A stretch of DNA of 62,368 nucleotides. Source: a virus. Its lineage: Duplodnaviria; Caudoviricetes. Both the position numbers and the translations under genes were made by a program. Shown piece after piece: positions 49,415-59,129 of the stretch (position 1 is its first letter; each line of letters begins with the position of its first letter). The notes beneath the pieces are model-generated. The model had not been told where the DNA came from. It made no database searches and saw only the letters and a list, made by a program, of their open reading frames with translations. The stretch lies in the IMG/VR virus record IMGVR_UViG_3300042505_000324, positions 1 to 62,368 of that record. The stretch is one strand, 5' to 3'.

Positions 49415-51670
49415 ATGAATTTAACGAGACAAAAAATAGTTGATTCAATAAATAGTAGAATGGATACTGAACTCTCAGCACAGAATCCAGTTAAGATCTT
49501 AAAAACAACCCCGATAGATATCCTCGTAGACACTACCATAAGTGTTACATATCTGTATACTCGAAATTCTAAAAAGAAATCTATACTTCTTTCTGAAGTG
49601 ATTTCAGCTATAGGGCATGGTGTACGTAATAAACAAGAGATTAAAAGAGACTCATCTCTTGCAGCAAAGACAGGTGCATTTCTTTTAAATACATTAGATA
49701 TATTAGGTTTAATATCTGTACAATTAGGTCAAAGTTCGAATGGACATGCTACCTATATCATAACAGTATTAAACGAAGAAGCATTAAGTAGTTTATGGCT
49801 TCAAATACCTATTGAACATACTGAGAAATTACCATCTTTAACTCCGTACGATGATTGGACTTCTACCCAACATTCTACAGGTGTTATGTTAGTTAAAACT
49901 GCTAATAGAGATGTATTAGCTACACTAAAACCTGAAACGCATCCGATAGTATTTAACGTAGTAAATAGAGCACAAAAAGTGGGATGGACAATAGATACAG
50001 ATATCTATGAACTACAAGCTTGGGCATTACGTAATAAAACTGATGCATTCTCTGAAATTTGGGCAATGCAAAATCCACAAGCTAAAATATCTAAAGTGCG
50101 AGAAGCAAAAGCCATTGGCGATATAGCTCGTAGGTTTTTAGATAAAACATTTTATCATTTATATTATTTAGATTTTAGAGGAAGAAAGTATGTAGCTACA
50201 GCATATCTACACGAACAAGGGTGTGATTTGTCTAAAGGTTTATTAAGACGTAAAGACCGTAAAAAGATAACCGAACAAGGTTTCTTTTGGTTAATGGTTG
50301 CTATTGCAAACACTTGGGCAGGTAGTGCAGGTAGAGAAGATGAAGCAAAAACAGATAAAATACCTTTAAATGACAGAGTATATTGGGCGTTGGATAATGA
50401 AGAGATATTATTATCCTATGCAGAGAATCCTAAAGTAAATGTAGGTTGGATGAAAGCAGATAAACCGTGGCAATTTATATCAGCTTGTTTCGAACTAAAA
50501 CGATTTAGAGATTGGCAAAAATTATGCAGTAGATTAATTCAAGAAGAAGAAATTCTTGAATATGATTATCTAACTAATTTTGAAGCTTATATTGATGGCA
50601 GTACTAATGGCAGTCAGCATCTTTCTGCATTAACTAAAGATGAAATAACTGCACCATTAGTTAATTTAGTTCCACTAGACTTGCCAGGTGATCTATATAC
50701 ATATGTAGGCGATCATGTATGGGAAAGTTTAGAGAAACTTAAAAATAACCTTACTAAAGAAGAAATCCTAGATTGTGAAGCAGTAATTGAAATTATCACA
50801 ATGATGAAACAAGACATACAAAAAGCAGAACTTAAAAGTGAGCTTAGAAAGAATCTTATAGAAGCTTTGCGTATGTTTAGAAACGAGAATTTAGAAGTGA
50901 TAAAAAAGGCAGCTGTAGTATTTTGGTTAAGAATTACAGATGCGAAACACAAACGTAAAATTTGTAAAAGAAACACGATGACTATTGCATATGGTGCTAG
51001 TGCATATGGAATGGGTTCACAGCAAGCGGAAGATGCACGTAAACATGGTATTGATCAATTAACTGCAATCGAAACACAATGGGCTACTTTTATGGGTAGA
51101 GCGGTATACGATGATTGTAAGATTAGTTTAAAAAGACCAATGAGATTACTTAGTGTATTTGAAGAAGCAGGTAGAGCAGCTGAAGATAAAGAAGAGTTTT
51201 TATCTTGGACTGTTCCTATTACTAACTTTCCAGCTGTGCAACATTATACAGAAGGTAAGGTTAAAAAGATATGGGTGCAATATGGCGCACCCGTTGGTAA
51301 AAGATTGTCGACTGGTAGATATGAAAATACTTATCAATTAGCAATTTGTCATATAGAGGAGCCGATTTATTCCAAGAGGAAACAAGCACAAGGTGCAAGT
51401 CCAAACGCAATTCATAGTTTAGACGCAGCTCATCTAATGCTAACCGTTAATAAAGCAGAATTTCCTATAACTACTATACATGATTCGTTTGGTGCATTAT
51501 TACCAGACTTACCAGAACTGTTTATTCTAATTAGAGAAACATTTGTAGAATTATATGAAGCAGATCCGTTAATTAAATTGATGGAAGATATTAATGGTGA
51601 TATAAGCCAAGTGGAGATTGGTAATTTGGATATTAAAAATATCTTAGACAGTGAATACGCATTTGCGTGA
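49415..51670 (+). CDS. T7-type single-subunit DNA-directed RNA polymerase (751 aa)
   Basis: LDFRGRKY, DKPWQF, motif A IDGSTNGSQH, motif B RKICKRNTMTIAYG, PNAIHSLDA, motif C IHDSFG. Confidence 0.95.
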   Translation: MNLTRQKIVDSINSRMDTELSAQNPVKILKTTPIDILVDTTISVTYLYTRNSKKKSILLSEVISAIGHGVRNKQEIKRDSSLAAKTGAFLLNTLDILGLISVQLGQSSNGHATYIITVLNEEALSSLWLQIPIEHTEKLPSLTPYDDWTSTQHSTGVMLVKTANRDVLATLKPETHPIVFNVVNRAQKVGWTIDTDIYELQAWALRNKTDAFSEIWAMQNPQAKISKVREAKAIGDIARRFLDKTFYHLYYLDFRGRKYVATAYLHEQGCDLSKGLLRRKDRKKITEQGFFWLMVAIANTWAGSAGREDEAKTDKIPLNDRVYWALDNEEILLSYAENPKVNVGWMKADKPWQFISACFELKRFRDWQKLCSRLIQEEEILEYDYLTNFEAYIDGSTNGSQHLSALTKDEITAPLVNLVPLDLPGDLYTYVGDHVWESLEKLKNNLTKEEILDCEAVIEIITMMKQDIQKAELKSELRKNLIEALRMFRNENLEVIKKAAVVFWLRITDAKHKRKICKRNTMTIAYGASAYGMGSQQAEDARKHGIDQLTAIETQWATFMGRAVYDDCKISLKRPMRLLSVFEEAGRAAEDKEEFLSWTVPITNFPAVQHYTEGKVKKIWVQYGAPVGKRLSTGRYENTYQLAICHIEEPIYSKRKQAQGASPNAIHSLDAAHLMLTVNKAEFPITTIHDSFGALLPDLPELFILIRETFVELYEADPLIKLMEDINGDISQVEIGNLDIKNILDSEYAFA

Positions 51671-51684
51671 AGAAAGGAATAGTA

Positions 51685-52056
51685 ATGATACTCATAAGAC
51701 GTTTGGAAGATGTGGCAAAGATATCGGATAAACTACATTCAAAGGCACTTCATTTATTATTAGAACCATTATCAAAACGTGGTGAAGATTATAATATGAA
51801 ATTTATCTATATCGATTCTGAAGAAGATTATGATATGTTATCAGAACAGGAAAACTTATTTACCGAAGATTGGGAAGAAATAAGTTATTTTGAAAAAGAA
51901 AAGTTTTATGAAATTGTTATAAGCTCGGAAGACGAAGGATATGTCATATTTATTCCATTGAGTTTAACTTCAGAAGAGATTAGTAATCAAATTAATATAT
52001 TTGAAGAAGCCAACACAATAGAAAGATATATTGATATCGTAGAAAGAATTACTTAA
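51685..52056 (+). CDS. acidic hypothetical protein
   Basis: ORF track 51667..52056; D/E-rich. Confidence 0.6.
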   Translation: MILIRRLEDVAKISDKLHSKALHLLLEPLSKRGEDYNMKFIYIDSEEDYDMLSEQENLFTEDWEEISYFEKEKFYEIVISSEDEGYVIFIPLSLTSEEISNQINIFEEANTIERYIDIVERIT

Positions 52057-52076
52057 GTATTATTAACCGTATAATG

Positions 52077-52091
52077 AACTGGTTAAATTAA
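52077..52091 (+). promoter_or_regulatory. putative phage-RNAP promoter, class B copy 3 (replication operon)
   Basis: AaCTGGTTAAATTAA shares the 13-bp core with 4993 and 45572; intergenic. Confidence 0.6.
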
Positions 52092-52143
52092 CCCTAAATC
52101 GCAAATGTAATTTAGGAACTCAAAAATCCAAAAGGAACTTAAA

Positions 52144-52761
52144 ATGGCATTATTAGAAAACGTTGAAATATATTTCGTTAAATTAGAACAAGACCGTCCC
52201 TCTGCTCGTTTCAATAAACTGAATCCTACATGGGAAGTACAAATGCGTACTAGCGACCCTGTACAAATGCAGGAGTGGAAACAATTAAATTTAGCACCTA
52301 AATTAGTGGTACATCCAGATGACCATGAAAATGCTGGTGAAGCAATCTTAACACCAGAAGGTAATAAACAATGGCGTTGTAACTTACGTAAACGTTCCAT
52401 TGATAGTAAAGGACGACCAGCCGATGCACCAACATTAGTAGATGGTAATTTGCAACCAGTAGATCCTCGTACTGTAGGAAATGGTTCTGTAGCTAATATT
52501 CAGATTTATCAATTTGAATATCCAGATCCAAACGGTAAAGGTACAAAAATTGGTACACAAATGCAAGCTGTACAATTACTTAAACATATGGTATATTTAC
52601 AGCAAAATGATGGTGGTTTTACTAAAACACAAACAGAAGTAATTACACCTGCTGCAACTAGCAATAACGGTGATGCAGATAATGATTACGATAATGGTGA
52701 TGACGAAGGTAATTTCTCGGCAACACCTGCTTTAAAACCTAAAGCTAAATCAGTATTCTAA
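52144..52761 (+). CDS. single-stranded DNA-binding protein (T7 gp2.5-like)
   Basis: VGNGSVANI...AVQLLK; acidic tail; C-terminal Phe. Confidence 0.8.
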   Translation: MALLENVEIYFVKLEQDRPSARFNKLNPTWEVQMRTSDPVQMQEWKQLNLAPKLVVHPDDHENAGEAILTPEGNKQWRCNLRKRSIDSKGRPADAPTLVDGNLQPVDPRTVGNGSVANIQIYQFEYPDPNGKGTKIGTQMQAVQLLKHMVYLQQNDGGFTKTQTEVITPAATSNNGDADNDYDNGDDEGNFSATPALKPKAKSVF

Positions 52762-52770
52762 GGGTATAAA

Positions 52771-53421
52771 ATGAAATATACATATGATACATATATACAT
52801 CCCACTTGCCCGAAAGGGCAAGCTAAGAGAATAGATACAACAACAAATTTCTCTGAAGCAGAAGGATTGTTTTTGGATAATTTTCAAAATGGAAACCATC
52901 CCTTCATATTGGTAACAGACAATACAATGAAAGGTTTTAGTAGTAAAATTGAAAACTTGGAAGATTTAGAAGGTTTCAGACTTGGTTTAGAAATGGCGAT
53001 ACAATGGAGAGATAAACCCAAATGGGATCCGCTTAGTGATTTATTAAGTGACTCTCCACAATCGGAAGAGATTGAAGAAACATTTACAGCAGTTGAAGCT
53101 AAAATAGTGACAAAAGACCATATTAATCCTAGTCACTATAAAGCATATTTAGATATTGAAAATAATCCAGATTCTAGTAGTGTAACATTACAATGGTTGG
53201 AATCAATGCAATATTTACCACACTTTAGAAATCCAGAAAATTTTAAAGCAGCTGTAGAATTACAAGTAAGAAAATATTTAGATAGGTCTGGTGGTAAAGA
53301 TTCTGAATTACAAGAAACAAAGAAAGCATTATGGTATTTAAGATTTTTAACGGCTTATATTGCTAATGGCAATACACCAATAAGGATTAGAGATATTCAA
53401 GAACTATTAAAAGGAGACTAG
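52771..53421 (+). CDS. DUF3310/SaV-like (T7 gp1.7-like nucleotide kinase) domain protein
   Basis: DHINPSHY...KYLDRSGGKD...ETKKALWYL. Confidence 0.75.
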   Translation: MKYTYDTYIHPTCPKGQAKRIDTTTNFSEAEGLFLDNFQNGNHPFILVTDNTMKGFSSKIENLEDLEGFRLGLEMAIQWRDKPKWDPLSDLLSDSPQSEEIEETFTAVEAKIVTKDHINPSHYKAYLDIENNPDSSSVTLQWLESMQYLPHFRNPENFKAAVELQVRKYLDRSGGKDSELQETKKALWYLRFLTAYIANGNTPIRIRDIQELLKGD

Positions 53422-55287
53422 ATGTCTAGTTATGTGTTTGATATAGAGTCGGACGGTTTATTACAAACAGTTACGAAATGTTGGATAATATGCGCCTACG
53501 ACTTGGAAACACTTAAACTAAAATATTGGTTGAATGGTGATCTAGGTTGGATGAAGGTATTTAGTGAAGCAGAGCTTCTCGTAGGACATAATATTGTAGG
53601 TTACGATATTCCAGTTCTTGAGAGGCTTTTTAATTGGAAACCAAGCAAACAAACTAAAGTAAATGATACATTAATCTTGTCACAAATTTTAGATTATAAA
53701 CGATTTAAGTCTGGAAGACATAATTTAGAAGAATGGGGAAATTTTCTCAACCACCATAAAGGGGAACATAATGATTGGTCTCAATATTCTGAAGATATGT
53801 TGAAGTATTGTAAGAACGATGTAGAGTTAACAGTAAAAGTTTGGGATTACTTAACAGAAGAAGCAAGTGTTGCTATAGAGAAACAACCGCAATTGGCTAC
53901 TTATATTAGAGCTGAACATTATGTTTCTCGATGGTGCGCTGATGCTGCTTTAAAAGGTTGGCCATTTGATATAGACCGTGCAAGAGAATTGCATGAAACT
54001 ATGTTAACTGAAATGATGGTCGCGTTCGATGCACTTAACTCTAAATTAGGAACTAAGGTAGTTGCTGTAGATAAAAAATTAGGTATAGTAGAACCTAAAG
54101 CTCCAAAATGGACTATGAATGGTTGTTATAATTCTCACACTGCATCATGGTTCGGAATATCTCCAGATACAGGACAAGATGAAGATAGATTGGTAGATGG
54201 ACCATATTCTAGAATAGAAATTGAACCTCTTAAACTTAGTAGTGTACAAGATGTTAAAATATTCTTATTTAGGAACGGTTGGGTGCCAATCGAATACAAC
54301 TACAAGATGAATGAAGAAACAAAAGAGATGGAACAAAAATCACCTAAGATAACTGAAGAAAGTTTGGAATTTCTAGGTGGTGATGGAAAGCTCTATTGTG
54401 ATTATCTTACAACTAGTTCTCGTTATAATAATCTAACCACTTGGATTAATAACACTGATTCTAACGGAAGACTACACGGTGAGTGTATGACTATTGGAAC
54501 ACCTAGTATGCGGTCAAGACATTCAATTATCGTTAATGTTCCATCTGTAGATTCTGTATGGGGCGCAGAAATGCGTGAATTATTTACAGTTTCTAAAGGT
54601 TGGAAATTCATTGGTGCAGATAGTGCTGGTAATCAAGCTAGAGGGTTAGCACACTATTTAGGTTCTGAAGATTATGTTAAATTATTATTAGAAGGTGACA
54701 TTCATCAATATAATGCTGACGTATTAACTGAAGTGTTAAAAGGTATGAAGATAGATCATATTGTACCTCGTGGTATTGCTAAACGTATTCTATACGCATT
54801 TCTATTTGGAGCATCTGGTGCCAAATTATGGGGTTACGTATTTGGCTCTCAAGATAAAAAGAAAGGAAATAAGCTAAAGAATGGCTTTCAGAAAGCAGTA
54901 CCTGGACTAGGTGATCTTCTTGAGAAATTAAGCAATATTTTTGGAAAGACAAGTCAGTATGGAGATGGCTATATCTTTGGTATTGCAGGTAATAAACTAT
55001 ATGTAGATAGCTTCCATAAGTTATTAGTATATTTATTACAAGCTGCAGAGAAAGCTACTTGTAGTGCAGCATTAATGTTAACAATGCAACAATTGGAAGA
55101 AGAGGAAATACCATACCAACCTTTGATTTATATGCATGATGAAATAGATTTCATGGTTCCTACTGAATACGCAGAGCGTGCAGCAGAGATTGCTGTAGGT
55201 TCTTTTAAAGAAGGACCGAAATTATTTGGAGTTATGATTATGGACGGTGGTGTTAAGATTGGTATGAATTGGAAAGAATGTCATTAA
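53422..55287 (+). CDS. polA: family A DNA polymerase (T7 gp5-like)
   Basis: Exo DIESDG, GHNIVGYD, YCKNDV; motif A GADSAGNQAR, B KRILYAFLFG, C HDE. Confidence 0.95.
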   Translation: MSSYVFDIESDGLLQTVTKCWIICAYDLETLKLKYWLNGDLGWMKVFSEAELLVGHNIVGYDIPVLERLFNWKPSKQTKVNDTLILSQILDYKRFKSGRHNLEEWGNFLNHHKGEHNDWSQYSEDMLKYCKNDVELTVKVWDYLTEEASVAIEKQPQLATYIRAEHYVSRWCADAALKGWPFDIDRARELHETMLTEMMVAFDALNSKLGTKVVAVDKKLGIVEPKAPKWTMNGCYNSHTASWFGISPDTGQDEDRLVDGPYSRIEIEPLKLSSVQDVKIFLFRNGWVPIEYNYKMNEETKEMEQKSPKITEESLEFLGGDGKLYCDYLTTSSRYNNLTTWINNTDSNGRLHGECMTIGTPSMRSRHSIIVNVPSVDSVWGAEMRELFTVSKGWKFIGADSAGNQARGLAHYLGSEDYVKLLLEGDIHQYNADVLTEVLKGMKIDHIVPRGIAKRILYAFLFGASGAKLWGYVFGSQDKKKGNKLKNGFQKAVPGLGDLLEKLSNIFGKTSQYGDGYIFGIAGNKLYVDSFHKLLVYLLQAAEKATCSAALMLTMQQLEEEEIPYQPLIYMHDEIDFMVPTEYAERAAEIAVGSFKEGPKLFGVMIMDGGVKIGMNWKECH

Positions 55288-55302
55288 TACAAAGGAGTTG
55301 AT

Positions 55303-55647
55303 TTGAAATATACTAAAGTCTTTGGTATAAACAGTTTGACATATGATACTAACGAAATAGAAACAATGGAAGAGATGGGTCATGCTTTCGGTGATGGGAC
55401 TGAAGAAGGAAAATTTTGTTGTGATAAAACTATAGAAAAATTTATTGGAAGAGCATTCCATCTAAATCAACAAAGTACAGGCGCTTTATATCTTAATGAT
55501 GTAAGGTTATATGCGTATACGATTAAAGATACAGATGGAGATAGTATAAGCAAATCTTCGATAGTATTAGTAAGAATAGAAGATTTATTAATGGATAAAT
55601 TAAAATATGGTTATAGTGCTAACATATTAAGTAGAAGAGGGAAATAA
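55303..55647 (+). CDS. hypothetical protein
   Basis: ORF track; TTG start with AAGGAG SD. Confidence 0.55.
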   Translation: MKYTKVFGINSLTYDTNEIETMEEMGHAFGDGTEEGKFCCDKTIEKFIGRAFHLNQQSTGALYLNDVRLYAYTIKDTDGDSISKSSIVLVRIEDLLMDKLKYGYSANILSRRGK

Positions 55648-55648
55648 T

Positions 55649-56533
55649 ATGTTATTATTAATTGATGGTGATGTAATGGCACATATTGCTTGTAAAGATA
55701 GGTGGCCATGGATTCAGAAAGAAAGAGGCATACCTCATGCAGAGAGAACATTTAAACCACCTGAAGAAGGTATTATATTCTCACCAGCAGAAGGTGCTAA
55801 ATATTTTAAAGAATCCTACAAACATTTTAAATCTCATTTAGTAGATACTTGTTCTGCATTATTTACTAATAATTATTTAATGGCAATGAAAGGCGATGGT
55901 AATTATCGTGATGATATTTATCCTGAATACAAAGCACAAAGAAAGAACAAACCACATGGAAATGAGTTTGTACAATTTGTAAGGGAACTTGCAATTTCAG
56001 AAGAGCTAGCAGTTCCAGCTCATGGAAGAGAGGCTGATGATTATTTAAGAATATGGGCTAAAGAATGTGAGATAGCTGGAATAGACTATATTATCTGCAC
56101 TATCGATAAAGATTTAGATTGTATACCTGGTAAGCATTGGAATTTAAAGAAAAATGAATTAACAGTAGTAACAGAAGATTATGCAATGCGTTTTTATTAT
56201 GAACAATTATTAATGGGAGACCCTACGGATAATATTCCTGGTCTACCTAATATTGGTCCAGTAAAAGCTAAATTATTATTAAGCGATTGTAATACACATT
56301 CTGAATTTCAAAAAGCGGTAATTAATGTTTATCAAACATTCTATCCAGAAGATTGGAAAGGATATTTATTAAGCAATGGTAAAATGATTCACATACAAGG
56401 ACATATAAATGATTATTTTCATTTAGATAGTTGGGGTATTGCTGAAGAGATTAAGCCTAAATTAGCGCCTGTCGAAATTGCAGAGGAAGTTGTTAAATCT
56501 AAAATAGGAAGCATGAAATTAAAAAGTAGTTAG
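55649..56533 (+). CDS. 5'-3' exonuclease (T7 gp6-like)
   Basis: LIDGD, YKAQR, EADD, DKDL, GDPTDNIPGLPNIG. Confidence 0.92.
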   Translation: MLLLIDGDVMAHIACKDRWPWIQKERGIPHAERTFKPPEEGIIFSPAEGAKYFKESYKHFKSHLVDTCSALFTNNYLMAMKGDGNYRDDIYPEYKAQRKNKPHGNEFVQFVRELAISEELAVPAHGREADDYLRIWAKECEIAGIDYIICTIDKDLDCIPGKHWNLKKNELTVVTEDYAMRFYYEQLLMGDPTDNIPGLPNIGPVKAKLLLSDCNTHSEFQKAVINVYQTFYPEDWKGYLLSNGKMIHIQGHINDYFHLDSWGIAEEIKPKLAPVEIAEEVVKSKIGSMKLKSS

Positions 56534-56541
56534 GATATGAA

Positions 56542-56814
56542 ATGATGTCTACAATTTGGGAGAGAATACCAGTGAGTGATAAAGATCCAATAGAGCATTT
56601 AAGAGAATATTATAAAGAAACGTTTAAATTAGATTCATCTTCCTTTACTGTAGATACACATATCTCGGAAACAGGAATAGATTCTTTAGAAGCTTATAAT
56701 TTATTATATGAATTAGAAAATACATATAGTATTAGGTTTGATAGTCACTTCTTGCCAATAACTCTAGGAGATCTCTTAGTTGAGGTGAATAGGTTAAAGA
56801 ATGCTAAAATCTAA
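56542..56814 (+). CDS. acyl carrier protein-like
   Basis: GIDSL phosphopantetheine motif, ELENTYSI, TLGDL; ACP size. Confidence 0.75.
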   Translation: MMSTIWERIPVSDKDPIEHLREYYKETFKLDSSSFTVDTHISETGIDSLEAYNLLYELENTYSIRFDSHFLPITLGDLLVEVNRLKNAKI

Positions 56815-57346
56815 AGTTCCAGCATTTACAATGCCTAAAAAAGAAGCTAAAGTAAAAGTCTCTTTAGAAGGTATTGTTGGTGGAAGAGTTAAAGCCTCAA
56901 ACTATACAGGTAATGGACATTGGCACGCTGATTGGTTAATGGGTGGTGCTGACAAAGTTGGTTTTGTATATATTATTCGTAATAATTTAACAGGAAGATG
57001 TTACATAGGTAAGAAGTCATATAGAGGTAGTGGTAAATTAAATAAAGGTACTAAAAGTAACTGGGCTTGGTATATTTCTTCATCTGTAGATTTATCAGCA
57101 GATATTAAATTAATAGGTAAAGATAATTTCGAGTTTATTTGTTTAGAAGAATACTCATATAAAGGTTCTTTATCATGGGCGGAGACATGGAGTATCTGTT
57201 ACGTAGAAGCACCTTCAAACCAACATATGTGGTATAATCGTCAAGTAAACCAAGTAGGTTGGATTGTGAAAGAACCAGTCACTATTAGACATAAAGAAAA
57301 TTTAGCAGCATTGATAAGGAGATATTTGGATGAAAAAAGTAGTTAG
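56801..57346 (+). CDS. GIY-YIG endonuclease
   Basis: GFVYIIRN...YIGKK...W..Y.SSS...E...YN. Confidence 0.85.
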   Translation: MLKSKVPAFTMPKKEAKVKVSLEGIVGGRVKASNYTGNGHWHADWLMGGADKVGFVYIIRNNLTGRCYIGKKSYRGSGKLNKGTKSNWAWYISSSVDLSADIKLIGKDNFEFICLEEYSYKGSLSWAETWSICYVEAPSNQHMWYNRQVNQVGWIVKEPVTIRHKENLAALIRRYLDEKSS

Positions 57347-57527
57347 AGCATTATTAGGTTTGATATCATTAATAGCAATCACAGGTGCTATAGCATTAAT
57401 CGTGCTTAAAACTGGTAAACTAGATCAAATAGATTTAACTATATTAGCAGTCGCTGGTATTGTATATTCAGCACTCTTTAATGGAGTTGACAATGGGAAA
57501 GATAATTCTAGCGGACCAACCGTGTAA
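57330..57527 (+). CDS. small 2-TM membrane protein
   Basis: ORF track; AAGGAG SD. Confidence 0.55.
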   Translation: MKKVVRALLGLISLIAITGAIALIVLKTGKLDQIDLTILAVAGIVYSALFNGVDNGKDNSSGPTV

Positions 57528-59118
57528 GAAATGTGGTAGTTCAGATGCATTGCAAGTTTATGAAAATGAAACAACCTTTTGTTTCTCTTGTAGAACATGG
57601 GGAAAAGCTGGAGAAGACGTAATGGCATCACCAAGCCTTAGACCTAAAGTTGAATTCGTACCGATACTTTCAATAGATGAAATAAAGAAATTACCAAGTA
57701 AAGGCTTTGCAGAAAGAAAGATTAATCAAATAGTTACTTCATATTATGATGTTAAAGTAGGGTTCGATGAAGATGGTCAAATAGATACACATTATTATCC
57801 GTATATAGATAATGAAAATTTATCATATAAAGTTAGAAAATTACCAAAAGTATTTAGTTCTATTGGTAAATTTAAAGGTATCTTTGGTAAAGATAAATTT
57901 AATGGCGGTGGTAAACGTTTAATTATTACTGAAGGTGAAATAGATGCTTTATCTATCGCACAAGCTTATTATGATAAGTATCAAAAGTTTTATCCAGTCG
58001 TTTCAATGGGTGCAGCATCAAATACTAAACAACTTTTAGAAAATAGAGATTGGATTAGAAGCTTTGGTGAGGTAGTACTATGTTTCGATAATGATAAAGC
58101 TGGAGAAGAGGCTACCGAAGCTGCTATCAAAATAGTTGGTATTGATAAAGCTAAAATTACTAAGCTACCGTGGAAAGATGCTAATGAAGTATTAACTAAA
58201 ATGGGTGGAGATGAGTTACTTCGTTGTGTATGGGATGCTGCTGAATATAGACCAGCTGGTATTCTAACAAAAGAAGAACTCAAAGCTCAAATGCATGATT
58301 TGGAAGATGAACCTTCCGTTCCTTATCCTGCTTGCTTAGCTGGTGCTCAAACTAAATTAAAAGGAATGAGATTAGGTCAAATAGCATTATATATATCTGG
58401 TACAGGTAGTGGTAAATCAACAATAATTAGAGAGGTTATTCTTCATTTATTGGCTACTACAGAAGACAAGATTGGTATTATCAGTTTGGAAGAAACACCA
58501 GGTGAGACAGCTAGAAGTATGGCATCTATGCATTTAAGACGTAACTTAGCTAATGAAGAAATTGCAATGTCTGATTTAGATATAGGTTTTGATAATGTAT
58601 TTGGTAGTGATAGAGTGATTGTATTAGACCATCAAGGTTCTATCAATGATACCTCGATTGTAGACCAAATGGAGTATATGGCATTGATAGGTTGTAAATA
58701 TTTATTTATTGACCATATTACTATTCTAGTATCTGAAGGTGCATCTGAATTAAAAGGAAATGAAGCCATTGATAAAATTATGAACGATTTATTACGTCTA
58801 GTAAAGAAACATCGTGTACATATTGGCTTAGTTTCACATTTAAGAAAGACACAAACAGGCGGTACATCGTTCGAAGAAGGTAGATTACCGTCATTAGATG
58901 ATATTAAAGGCTCTGGTAGTATTAAACAAGTATCATTAGATATTATTGCATTTGCTCGTAATATGTCGGCAGAGGACGAAGCTGTTAGAAACTTTATTAA
59001 AATGGCTATTCTTAAATGTCGTGCAACAGGTCTTACTGGTCCAGTACAAGGTGCCAGATATGATTTTAAAACAGGTCGTATAAGTGCAGCTCTTTTAGAA
59101 GATTTTAAAGCAATTTAA
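57493..59118 (+). CDS. primase-helicase (T7 gp4-like)
   Basis: CKKCGSSD...CFSC zinc finger, TOPRIM EGEIDA and FDND, Walker A GTGSGKST, IDHI, LVSHL, KGSGSIKQ. Confidence 0.95.
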   Translation: MGKIILADQPCKKCGSSDALQVYENETTFCFSCRTWGKAGEDVMASPSLRPKVEFVPILSIDEIKKLPSKGFAERKINQIVTSYYDVKVGFDEDGQIDTHYYPYIDNENLSYKVRKLPKVFSSIGKFKGIFGKDKFNGGGKRLIITEGEIDALSIAQAYYDKYQKFYPVVSMGAASNTKQLLENRDWIRSFGEVVLCFDNDKAGEEATEAAIKIVGIDKAKITKLPWKDANEVLTKMGGDELLRCVWDAAEYRPAGILTKEELKAQMHDLEDEPSVPYPACLAGAQTKLKGMRLGQIALYISGTGSGKSTIIREVILHLLATTEDKIGIISLEETPGETARSMASMHLRRNLANEEIAMSDLDIGFDNVFGSDRVIVLDHQGSINDTSIVDQMEYMALIGCKYLFIDHITILVSEGASELKGNEAIDKIMNDLLRLVKKHRVHIGLVSHLRKTQTGGTSFEEGRLPSLDDIKGSGSIKQVSLDIIAFARNMSAEDEAVRNFIKMAILKCRATGLTGPVQGARYDFKTGRISAALLEDFKAI

Positions 59119-59129
59119 TTGGAAGATAT

